NCBI GenBank assembly: GCA_037138335.1
Contig: JBAXIO010000009.1
Coordinates: 2,531-66,530, forward strand
Source: Bacteroidota bacterium
GTDB taxonomy: Bacteria; Bacteroidota; Bacteroidia; Bacteroidales; FEN-979
Length of the DNA stretch: 64,000 bases
Reading direction: 5' to 3'
In this document: positions 19,642 to 28,074 of the stretch, one piece after another
Numbering within the stretch: position 1 is the first letter of the stretch
Layout of the letters: each line of letters starts with the position of its first letter
Translations under genes and position numbers: made by a program
Notes under the pieces: generated by a model
The model's input: the letters and a program-made list of their open reading frames with translations, nothing else
Database searches by the model: none
Told to the model about the DNA's origin: nothing

Positions 19642-20478
19642 CACGTCATCAACACCGGCAACCTCAAACTCGATGGCGGCGCCATGTTCGGCGTTGTTCC
19701 CAAGGTGATGTGGAGCAAGCTGTATCCCTGCGACGAAAACAATCTCTGCAACTGGAGCATGCGCTGCCTGCTCGTTGAAGATGGTGAACGTAAGATCCTT
19801 ATTGATTGCGGGATAGGGGACAAGCAAAGCGAAAAATTCTTTTCAAATTATTACCTTAACGGTGACGACAGCCTGGATAAATCCCTTGCTGTTGCCGGTT
19901 TTACTGCGGATGATATCACGGATGTGATCCTGACCCACCTTCATTTTGATCATTGCGGGGGCGCTGTTAAATGGAATGAAGACCGCACTGCTTATATCCC
20001 CGCGTTTAAAAACGCTGCCTATTGGACCAGCCGCCGGCATTGGGACTGGGCCACCAACCCGAATAACAGGGAGAAGGCTTCATTCCTGAAAGAGAATATC
20101 CTGCCATTAAAAGAAAAAGGAAAGCTGAACCTGGTTGAAAGTGATGGCGGGATATTCCCCGGTATCAGTCTCCGCATGTTCCACGGGCATACCGAGGGAC
20201 AGGTCATCCCCCACATACGGTATGGCGATAAAACCATTGTTTACATGGCCGACCTTCTGCCTTCAGCAGCGCATATCCCATTGCCCTACGTGATGTCGTA
20301 CGACACCCGTCCGTTGATCACCCTTGACGAAAAGGAAGCTTTCATGAAAGAAGCCGCAGAGAACGGCTATATTCTCTTTTTGGAGCACGACATCCTGCAC
20401 GAATGTTGCACGGTGCAGGAAACCGAAAAAGGAGTGAGGCTGAAAGAGGCACTCCCTTTGGCAGCGGCCATATCATAA
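19633..20478 (+). CDS. MBL-fold metallo-hydrolase
   Basis: HxHxDH motif as THLHFDHCGG, plus later His/Asp ligand contexts (HGHTEG, YMADL). Lies 6 nt after buk. Confidence 0.85.
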   Translation: MNLHVINTGNLKLDGGAMFGVVPKVMWSKLYPCDENNLCNWSMRCLLVEDGERKILIDCGIGDKQSEKFFSNYYLNGDDSLDKSLAVAGFTADDITDVILTHLHFDHCGGAVKWNEDRTAYIPAFKNAAYWTSRRHWDWATNPNNREKASFLKENILPLKEKGKLNLVESDGGIFPGISLRMFHGHTEGQVIPHIRYGDKTIVYMADLLPSAAHIPLPYVMSYDTRPLITLDEKEAFMKEAAENGYILFLEHDILHECCTVQETEKGVRLKEALPLAAAIS

Positions 20479-20568
20479 CCCCCGGCCCTGACCACTGTGG
20501 CCTGAACTGGAACATGGTCTGCCATTACTTGTTCTCACGAATTGTTAAACACCGTAAGTGTTCATGTC

Positions 20569-22971
20569 ATGAGTGAATACCAGGCAAATATCAATAAACT
20601 TCTCGAAAAGCTGTCGGAGCTGTTGAAAAGACAGGAGTCTTTCCAGGAAGAGGTCGAATCATTGAAACGGGAAATCCGGATCCTTGCATCCCGCGGGCCC
20701 GAACCTGCTGTAAGCAAAGAAGCAGATAATGAAACCGTGCTTGTGTCACCGGTTGAAATCAAAGAAGAACCTCTTCCTGTTACAAAAGAGGTGTTACACA
20801 AGGAGGAAGAACCTGTTTCGGTTAAAGATGAGACCAGCCTGTGGAAAGAAGCTGTTAAAAGCAACAATTCAAGGGCGGGGCAGGGATCAGGTATCCGTTC
20901 CAACCTGGAGAAATTCATAGGCGAGAACCTGATCAACAAGATAGGTATCGTGATCCTCGTGATCGGTGTTGGCATAGGCGCCAAATATGCAATCGATCAT
21001 GACCTTATCAGTCCGTGGACCCGGATCATTCTCGGGTACATCCTTGGTTTGGGCTTACTGGGATTCGCCATCCGCCTTAAGAAAGAATATAAGGATTTCA
21101 GTGCTGTCCTGCTCAGCGGGTCCATGGCCATAATGTATTTCATCACCTTTGCGGCCTTCAGCTTTTATGCCCTGATCCCCCTGGTTCTCACTTTTTCGCT
21201 GATGGTATTATTCACCGTTTTCACGGTGGCGGCTGCAGTGTATTACGACAGGCAGGTCATTGCCCACATAGGTCTCGTAGGCGCTTATGCGGTCCCCTTC
21301 CTTTTAAGCGACGGGTCGGGAAAAGTTGCCATATTGTTCAATTACATGGCCATCATCAATGCGGGGATCCTTGCCATCGCATTCAGGAAATACTGGAAAC
21401 CCCTGTATTATTCAGCTTTCCTGTTAAGCTGGATGATCTTCATTACCTGGTATGTGCAGAAGTATGAAAACGGAGCTAATTTCGGGCTGGCCTGGATTTT
21501 TATATCCATTTTTTTTCTGACATTTTATGTCATTTTTCTTGCCTATAAACTCCATAAAAAGGAAAAATTCAGGATTGATGACATCATTTTGCTGCTTGCG
21601 AATTCTGCTGTTTTTTACGGGCTGGGATATTCTGTATTACGGCAGAACATCAGTGGAGAGGATTTCCTGGGGCTGTTTACCCTTATCAACGGATTGCTGC
21701 ATTTTATGGTAAGTGTATTTGTTTTCCGTATAAAGGATTCTGACAGAAACCTGTTTTATTTTATTGCCGGCCTGGTTATTGCGTTTTTGACCCTGGCGAT
21801 CCCGGTGCAGCTCGACGGTAACTGGGTGACCATGCTGTGGTCGTCGGAAGCTGTTGCGCTTTTTTGGATTGGCCGCACCAAACATACCTTCCTGTATGAG
21901 CTGCTCTCATATATCCTGATGGGACTGGCTTTTTTCTGTATTATCCTGGGCTGGAAGGCAGGCTATCATACCGACGGCATATGGGCCGACGGAGAAAAAC
22001 TTTTACCCCTGTTCAACATGAATTTCCTGACTTCATTGTTGTTCATTGCTTCATTCGCATACATTATTGTGCTTAACCTCGATAGAAAAATTACCGAGGG
22101 TCCCGACTGGCAGCTTTCGATACGGAGGTGGATGAATTTTATCATCCCCTCGTTTTTTCTCATTGTGCTGTATTTCGCATTCTACCTTGAAATATCGGTG
22201 TACTGGAACCAGCTGTTCATTTCAGGCAGTGTTAATGTTAATGATCCCGTTTCGGGTTTGCAAAATTATTCAAACGAAAACATCACTTATTTTAAGACCA
22301 TTTCACTTCTGGTTTATTCAATGGTATTTCTTGCAATCCTTTCCTTTGTAAATATTCTCAGGCTGAAAAAGAGTGTTTTAGGGCTCATCAACCTTGGGTT
22401 CAGCCTGGCCGCCGTGGGCTTATGCGTTTCGGTCGGTCTGATTGCGCTTGGCAGCCTGAGGGAAAGCTACCTGGACCAGGAGCTGTCGAAATATTTTTAC
22501 AGGGGATTTATGCTTATAGGCTTGCGCTATATTTTGTTTGCTTTTCTTGCAGTATTGCTTTATTCGGTTTACAGGTATATCAAAGAGGACTTTCTCGGAA
22601 CGGACCTGCGCATTGAATTTGATTTGTTCCTGCAGATCGCCCTGCTTACCATCGTCAGCAATGAACTCATCAACTGGATGGACCTTTCAGGTTCCCAGCA
22701 CTCATATAAACTTGGGCTCAGCATCCTGTTTGGCCTGTATTCGGTATTGCTTATCGTGCTTGGCATCTGGAAGAAAAAACTGCACCTGCGCATAGGGGCC
22801 ATCGTGCTTTTCTCTCTTACCCTGCTCAAACTCTTTTTCTATGACCTCTCTTCACTTGACACTATTGCAAAGACCATTGTTTTTATTGTGCTGGGGGTGC
22901 TCTTGCTGATAATTTCCTTCCTTTATACCAAGTACCGGAAACTGATTTTCGGGGATGATAAGGATGAATGA
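20569..22971 (+). CDS. DUF2339-like polytopic membrane protein with N-terminal coiled coil
   Basis: ATG at 20569 (MSEYQANINKLLEKLSELLKRQESFQEEVESLKREI), followed by more than 20 predicted TM helices, the architecture typical of DUF2339. Confidence 0.75.
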   Translation: MSEYQANINKLLEKLSELLKRQESFQEEVESLKREIRILASRGPEPAVSKEADNETVLVSPVEIKEEPLPVTKEVLHKEEEPVSVKDETSLWKEAVKSNNSRAGQGSGIRSNLEKFIGENLINKIGIVILVIGVGIGAKYAIDHDLISPWTRIILGYILGLGLLGFAIRLKKEYKDFSAVLLSGSMAIMYFITFAAFSFYALIPLVLTFSLMVLFTVFTVAAAVYYDRQVIAHIGLVGAYAVPFLLSDGSGKVAILFNYMAIINAGILAIAFRKYWKPLYYSAFLLSWMIFITWYVQKYENGANFGLAWIFISIFFLTFYVIFLAYKLHKKEKFRIDDIILLLANSAVFYGLGYSVLRQNISGEDFLGLFTLINGLLHFMVSVFVFRIKDSDRNLFYFIAGLVIAFLTLAIPVQLDGNWVTMLWSSEAVALFWIGRTKHTFLYELLSYILMGLAFFCIILGWKAGYHTDGIWADGEKLLPLFNMNFLTSLLFIASFAYIIVLNLDRKITEGPDWQLSIRRWMNFIIPSFFLIVLYFAFYLEISVYWNQLFISGSVNVNDPVSGLQNYSNENITYFKTISLLVYSMVFLAILSFVNILRLKKSVLGLINLGFSLAAVGLCVSVGLIALGSLRESYLDQELSKYFYRGFMLIGLRYILFAFLAVLLYSVYRYIKEDFLGTDLRIEFDLFLQIALLTIVSNELINWMDLSGSQHSYKLGLSILFGLYSVLLIVLGIWKKKLHLRIGAIVLFSLTLLKLFFYDLSSLDTIAKTIVFIVLGVLLLIISFLYTKYRKLIFGDDKDE

Positions 22972-23545
22972 TGATTTCTTACATGATCTGAAGTTTGAAT
23001 CCCTGGGCAGCAGGAACTGGGGATTGTTTGAACAGCTGTTCGGGCCCAGGGGGGCCTGTGGCAGCTGCTGGTGCATGTATTACCGCCTGCCGCCTGCCGG
23101 ATTCAGGGAAGGAAAATTTGAGGATGGCAACAAGCTGGCGATGAAAGAGATCGTGGAGGCCGGCAGGCCTGCAGGCATACTTGCTTTGTATGAAGGGCAG
23201 GCTATTGCATGGTGTGCGTTTGCCCCCCGTGAGGATTTTGCAAAGCTAAGCCGGTCGAGGGTTCATAAGCCTATTGATGACCGGGCGGTCTGGTCCATAC
23301 CCTGCATATTCATCCATAAAGACTTCAGGAAATACGGGGTTTCAGTAGCCTTGCTGAAGGGCGTTATTGCTTATTCCCGCGAAAACGGGATACGTATCAT
23401 TGAAGCATACCCGACTATTCCCACAACAGGAAGTCTGCCTGATTCCTTTGCCTGGACCGGCCTGTATAAATCTTTCGAGCGGGCGGGGTTTACTGTTGCT
23501 GACCGCACTTCGGCAAACCGGCCGATGGTAAGGTTTTACACCTGA
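22955..23545 (+). CDS. GNAT-family N-acetyltransferase
   Basis: About 195 aa with CGSCWCMYYRL near the N-terminus and an acetyl-CoA-binding-like stretch FIHKDFRKYGVSVALLKGVI. Start is ATG 22955 or 22964; either overlaps the upstream stop (22969-71). Confidence 0.75.
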   Translation: MIRMNDDFLHDLKFESLGSRNWGLFEQLFGPRGACGSCWCMYYRLPPAGFREGKFEDGNKLAMKEIVEAGRPAGILALYEGQAIAWCAFAPREDFAKLSRSRVHKPIDDRAVWSIPCIFIHKDFRKYGVSVALLKGVIAYSRENGIRIIEAYPTIPTTGSLPDSFAWTGLYKSFERAGFTVADRTSANRPMVRFYT

Positions 23546-23590
23546 ATGTTCCCTGCTGCAGATCCCGCGGCCTGCGGTGAGAACCTGTTA

Positions 23591-24538
23591 TTATTTCAGT
23601 TTTTTCCCAATCTCTTCAAGCATGACCTTCGTCATTTTTTCAAGGTCGTATACATAGTCGAGGCCCCAGTCTTTGCGGGCGACGCTGTCGTCGATGCAGG
23701 CGGGCCAGGAGTCGGCAATAGCCTGGCGGAAGTCGGGTTTGTAGGTGATCTCAAAACCAGGCAAATGTTTTTTGATCTCAGCTGCCAGTGTTTTCGGGTC
23801 AAAGCAGATCCCGGCAACATTATAGCTTGACCTTAGCGAAAGTTTCGAAGCGTCGGCTTCCATCACGTCGATGGTGGCTTTTATTGCATCGCTCATGAAC
23901 ATCATGGGAAGGGCTGAATCGGGGCCGAGGAAACATTCATATTTATTATGGCGGATGGCTTCATAGAAGATCTCCACTGCATAGTCGGTCGTACCCCCTC
24001 CGGCTTCGGTCTTGTAACTGATCAGCCCGGGGTAACGCAGGCTGCGGGTATCAACACCGTACTTGTGAAAATAATATTCAATCCAGCGTTCCCCGGCCAG
24101 TTTGCTGATGCCGTATACTGTATTCGGTTCCATAATGGTGTACTGGGGCGTATTATAACGCGGGGTGGTAGGGCCGAATACTGCAATGGAGCTGGGCCAG
24201 AAAACCCGTTTAAGCTTAATTTCCCTTGCAATCTCAAGCACGTTAAAGAGGCTGCGCATATTGATATCCCATGAAGGCATGGGGCGTTTCTCGGCATTAC
24301 CCGAAAGGATGGCGGCAAGGTGGTAGACCTGGGTTACCTTTTCATGCTCGCAGATAAGCTGGAGTTTTGAGGCATCGAGGACATCGAGTATTTCGAAAGG
24401 CCCGCTTTCGCTGATCTCTGCAGGGGCAGGACGGATATCGGTTGCAATAACATTTGATTTCCCGTAAATTTTTCGCAGTTCAAGTGTGAGTTCCGAGCCA
24501 ATCTGGCCCGAACATCCGATAACGAGGATCTTTTCCAT
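23591..24538 (-). CDS. tdh: L-threonine 3-dehydrogenase, short-chain (UDP-glucose-4-epimerase-like) type
   Basis: Rossmann ILVIGCSGQIGSEL, catalytic YGISK, and long blocks shared with eukaryotic/bacterial SDR-type TDH as I remember them (GGGTTDYAVEIFYEA, LPMMFMSDAI, RQAIADSWP...DDS.ARKDWG). Confidence 0.82.
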   Translation of the reverse strand: MEKILVIGCSGQIGSELTLELRKIYGKSNVIATDIRPAPAEISESGPFEILDVLDASKLQLICEHEKVTQVYHLAAILSGNAEKRPMPSWDINMRSLFNVLEIAREIKLKRVFWPSSIAVFGPTTPRYNTPQYTIMEPNTVYGISKLAGERWIEYYFHKYGVDTRSLRYPGLISYKTEAGGGTTDYAVEIFYEAIRHNKYECFLGPDSALPMMFMSDAIKATIDVMEADASKLSLRSSYNVAGICFDPKTLAAEIKKHLPGFEITYKPDFRQAIADSWPACIDDSVARKDWGLDYVYDLEKMTKVMLEEIGKKLK

Positions 24539-24542
24539 AGTT

Positions 24543-24598
24543 TGAATAATAAATAGAGAATGTTGAATAATGAATGTCGAATGGCAAAAGTAGGAAGT
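24543..24598. repeat. Degenerate tandem heptamers (NGAATNN x ~8) in the tdh/cysS divergent spacer
   Basis: TGAATAA TAAATAG AGAATGT TGAATAA TGAATGT CGAATGG CAAAAGT AGGAAGT. Confidence 0.6.
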
Positions 24599-24722
24599 TC
24601 TGTGAAATTTTTAGCAATTGGCCGGATGAAAACCGGTATGGCATATAAATAAAAGACTGTAGGAGGAGCGATATTCTTAAAATTCAAAATATTCCTAACT
24701 TTGAAGGGCGAATCGCAAAACT

Positions 24723-26204
24723 ATGGAATCAAGCCTGTTTCTTTATAATACCCTCTCGCGCCGGAAGGAAAAATTCGAGCCGCTGAACCCCCCTTTTGTC
24801 GGGATGTATGTTTGCGGCCCTACAGTTTATGGCGATCCTCATCTCGGTCATGCCAGACCCGCCATTACATTCGACCTTGTTTTCAGGTACCTGCAGCACC
24901 TCGGTTATAAGGTCAGGTATATCAGGAATATCACCGATGTGGGGCACCTGGAGCACGACCTTGATGAAGGGGAGGATAAAATTGCCAAGAAAGCAAGGCT
25001 TGAACAGCTTGAGCCCATGGAGGTGGCCCAGTATTATGCCGACCGGTATTTCGTGTTCATGGATGCCCTCAATGTGAAAAGGCCCAGCATAGAGCCGAGG
25101 GCTTCGGGACATATCATTGAGCAGATCGGGTTTGTAAAGAAGATTCTTGATGCCGGTTTCGGGTATGAGGTTAACGGATCGGTTTATTTCGACATAGAAA
25201 AATACAGCAAACAATATACTTACGGCAAGCTTTCGGGCCGGGTGCTGGAAGATCTTTTATCGAACACAAGGGAGCTGGAAGGCCAGGACGAAAAGCACAA
25301 CCAGGCCGATTTTGCCTTATGGAAAAAAGCCCAGCCCGAACATATCATGCGCTGGCCTTCCCCCTGGAGCGACGGCTTCCCGGGATGGCACCTTGAATGT
25401 TCAGCTATGGGTTCGAGATACCTCGGCGATTATTTTGACATACACGGGGGAGGGATGGATCTTCTTTTTCCCCACCATGAATCGGAAATAGCCCAGAACC
25501 AGGCTGCTCTCGGCCATGAGTCGGTAAAGTACTGGATGCATAATAATATGGTTACCATCAACGGCCAGAAGATGGGCAAATCGCTGGGGAATTTTATCAC
25601 CCTGGATGAATTCTTCAACGGATCGCATCCCGGGCTTGCCCAGGCATACTCCCCGATGACAATCCGCTTTTTCATCCTCCAGGCACATTACAGGAGCACC
25701 CTTGATTTCTCGAACGAGGCGTTGCAGGCAGCTGAAAAGGGGCTGAAACGGCTGTTCGCCGCTATCGGGGTATTGCAAAAGTTACAATCTTCAGGAGCGG
25801 GGATCAATCATCCGCAGTCAGTGGAAATAAAGAAACTTCACGATGCCTGTTACGAGGCCATGAACGATGATTTTAACAGCCCCATTGTGATCGCCAACCT
25901 GTTTGAAATGGTCAGGATCATCAATTCGGGAAATGACAGGAAGGACAGTATTTCGGCTGAAGACCTGGAACTGTTAAAAATGACTTTCAGTACTTTTGTT
26001 TTTGATATTCTCGGGCTGAAGAACGAGCTTCAGGGCGACAATTCTGAATACCTCAAGGGGCTGATGGAACTTGTGCTGAAGATTAGGCAGGATTCGAGGG
26101 AGAAAAAGGACTGGGGTACATCCGACCAGATCAGGGATACTTTGCAGAAACTGCAGATCAATGTGAAAGACGGGAAAGAAGGGAGCAGCTGGGAGCTGGG
26201 GTAA
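24723..26204 (+). CDS. cysS: Cysteine--tRNA ligase
   Basis: Class I signatures: HIGH as HLGHARP and KMSKS as [21 protein letters not shown] and the Zn-ligand context WHLECS. 493 aa. Confidence 0.96.
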   Translation: MESSLFLYNTLSRRKEKFEPLNPPFVGMYVCGPTVYGDPHLGHARPAITFDLVFRYLQHLGYKVRYIRNITDVGHLEHDLDEGEDKIAKKARLEQLEPMEVAQYYADRYFVFMDALNVKRPSIEPRASGHIIEQIGFVKKILDAGFGYEVNGSVYFDIEKYSKQYTYGKLSGRVLEDLLSNTRELEGQDEKHNQADFALWKKAQPEHIMRWPSPWSDGFPGWHLECSAMGSRYLGDYFDIHGGGMDLLFPHHESEIAQNQAALGHESVKYWMHNNMVTINGQKMGKSLGNFITLDEFFNGSHPGLAQAYSPMTIRFFILQAHYRSTLDFSNEALQAAEKGLKRLFAAIGVLQKLQSSGAGINHPQSVEIKKLHDACYEAMNDDFNSPIVIANLFEMVRIINSGNDRKDSISAEDLELLKMTFSTFVFDILGLKNELQGDNSEYLKGLMELVLKIRQDSREKKDWGTSDQIRDTLQKLQINVKDGKEGSSWELG

Positions 26205-26205
26205 G

Positions 26206-26245
26206 GGATAAACGGATAACTGGATAGCTGGATAACTGGCTATCA
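26206..26245. repeat. Five tandem degenerate octamers immediately after the cysS stop
   Basis: GGATAAAC GGATAACT GGATAGCT GGATAACT GGCTATCA. Confidence 0.75.
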
Positions 26246-26272
26246 AAATCGAAACCTTTAAAATCAGGATAT

Positions 26273-27961
26273 ATGAAGCCACTGAGTACTTTAGTATTAT
26301 TTGCAGTCAGCTTGTTGTTAATAAGCGGTTGCACTTCAAAAAAAGAGAAAATGAACAATGACCTCAAAGCTTTTATTGCTCACCATGATTCGGTGATCAT
26401 TCCGCTTTACAAACAGACCACCATCGCAGCCTGGGATGCTTCCATCTCGGGGAAGCCCGAGGATTATAAAAAATCGGAAGATTTGAATATGAAGATGATG
26501 GCTTTTTATGCCAATAAGGAAGGCCTGAAAAAGCTTGAAGACATTAAGATCTCCGGGCTGATTTCCGACAGCATGTTGTCGCGCGAGCTGGATGTGTTGT
26601 ACCGCTCATTTATTATGGCCAAAGCCGACACGGCCAAGCTGAACACGATGATACGCATGCAGAGTGCGATTGAGCAGAAATACAGCAATTTCAGGACGGA
26701 AGTTAAAGGAAAGAAATTATCGGATAATGATGTTGAAGACGTGCTCCGTTCTTCAAAGGACGTTAAATACCAGCAGGAAGTATGGGAGGCCCAGAAAAAG
26801 ATAGGGCCCCTGGTTGCAGCTGATCTGAAGAAGCTGGCCAAGGTAAGGAACGAGGTTGCAAAGGATCTTGGCTTCAGGAACTATCATGAGATGAGCCTTA
26901 CGCTGGGAGACCAGGACCCGAAGGATGTCAGGATGATCTTCGAGGAGCTTGACAGTCTGACAAAGGGCGCTTTTGCCCAGGCCAAAGGCGAGATTGACGA
27001 TTATTTCGTAAAGTACTACAACCTTAAGAGCAAAAACGACCTCAGGCCCTGGAATTACCAGAACCGTTTCTTCCAGCAGGCTCCCAAGATCTATGCTGTG
27101 GACCTTGATGTTTATTACAAGGATAAAGACCTGCCCGCCCTGGTTAAAGTGTATTATGACGGGATAGGGCTTAATATCGATGAGATCCAGAAGAACAGCG
27201 ACCTGTATGAGAAACCCGGCAAGAACCAGCATGCCTTCTGCACCGATATTGACAAACTTGGAGATGTGCGCGTATTATGCAATGTAAAGCCCAACAGCAC
27301 CTGGATGGGTACCCTGCTGCATGAGTTCGGGCATTCGGTATACGACAGGTACAAGGATTTCAACCTGCCTTTCGTGGTCCGCGACCCGGCCCATACTTTT
27401 ACTACCGAGGCGATTGCCATGATGTTCGGGCGTTTTGCCTCCAACCCCCAATGGCTTAAGGATAATGCCGGGATCAGCGAGGATGAAAAGAAGAAGATCG
27501 CCGACAATTGTTTCAAAACCCTTCGTCTTGACCAGCTTGTATTCAGCCGCTGGGCCCAGGTGATGTATCATTTTGAAAAGAGCATGTATGAGAATCCCGA
27601 CCAGGACCTGAACCAGTTGTGGTGGGATATGGTTGAAAAATACCAGTTGCTCAAGCGTCCGGAAGGCCGGAACGAACCCGACTGGGCAACCAAGATCCAT
27701 ATTGCCACGGTTCCCTGTTATTATCACAATTACCTGATGGGAGAGCTCCTTGCATCACAGCTTTATTATTATATTGTGGGTAATGTGCTCAAGAGTGAAG
27801 ATTATAAATTCCAGAGTTTTACAAACAACAAGGCTGTTGGGGATTACCTGAAGGCAAAGATCTTTATGCCTGCCAACAGGTATTACTGGAACGACATGAT
27901 TGAGAAAGCTACGGGTGAGAAACTTACCGCGAAATATTATGCAAGGCAGTTTGTGAAGTAG
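26273..27961 (+). CDS. Zinc metallopeptidase lipoprotein, gluzincin; most like M2 (ACE-like peptidyl-dipeptidase) family
   Basis: Lipobox LLLISGC. HEXXH as HEFGHSVY with TEAIAMMFG about 25 aa downstream (third-ligand Glu). C-terminal HIATVPCYYHNYLMGELLASQL resembles the ACE HI...PY.RYF...QFQ block. The family call is from memory, with no search. Confidence 0.6.
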   Translation: MKPLSTLVLFAVSLLLISGCTSKKEKMNNDLKAFIAHHDSVIIPLYKQTTIAAWDASISGKPEDYKKSEDLNMKMMAFYANKEGLKKLEDIKISGLISDSMLSRELDVLYRSFIMAKADTAKLNTMIRMQSAIEQKYSNFRTEVKGKKLSDNDVEDVLRSSKDVKYQQEVWEAQKKIGPLVAADLKKLAKVRNEVAKDLGFRNYHEMSLTLGDQDPKDVRMIFEELDSLTKGAFAQAKGEIDDYFVKYYNLKSKNDLRPWNYQNRFFQQAPKIYAVDLDVYYKDKDLPALVKVYYDGIGLNIDEIQKNSDLYEKPGKNQHAFCTDIDKLGDVRVLCNVKPNSTWMGTLLHEFGHSVYDRYKDFNLPFVVRDPAHTFTTEAIAMMFGRFASNPQWLKDNAGISEDEKKKIADNCFKTLRLDQLVFSRWAQVMYHFEKSMYENPDQDLNQLWWDMVEKYQLLKRPEGRNEPDWATKIHIATVPCYYHNYLMGELLASQLYYYIVGNVLKSEDYKFQSFTNNKAVGDYLKAKIFMPANRYYWNDMIEKATGEKLTAKYYARQFVK

Positions 27962-27988
27962 TCCTTCCTCTGCTGGCATGATAAACCA

Positions 27989-28018
27989 TCAAGGGCGGCC
28001 ATAAATGGCCGCCCTTGA
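27989..28018 (+). terminator. GC-rich hairpin after the metallopeptidase gene
   Basis: TCAAGGGCGGCC-ATAAAT-GGCCGCCCTTGA, a 12-bp perfect stem. Only a weak T tract follows. Confidence 0.55.
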
Positions 28019-28027
28019 CGGTTTACG

Positions 28028-28055
28028 AAAAAACATCCCGGGTTGACCCGGGATG
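28028..28055 (-). terminator. Rho-independent terminator of the 1077-aa gene
   Basis: On the minus strand: CATCCCGGG-TCAA-CCCGGGATG followed by TTTTTT. Begins 20 nt after the stop at 28075. Confidence 0.8.
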
Positions 28056-28074
28056 CTACTAACCAAATCAACCA

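Noticed and set aside
26206-26245. Whether the GGATAAC-type octamers are DnaA boxes or an origin of replication.
   Set aside because: ACTGGATAA differs from the TGTGGATAA box at two positions in every unit. There is no dnaA/dnaN gene or AT-rich unwinding element nearby, and the array matches the general short-tandem-array pattern seen elsewhere in the window.
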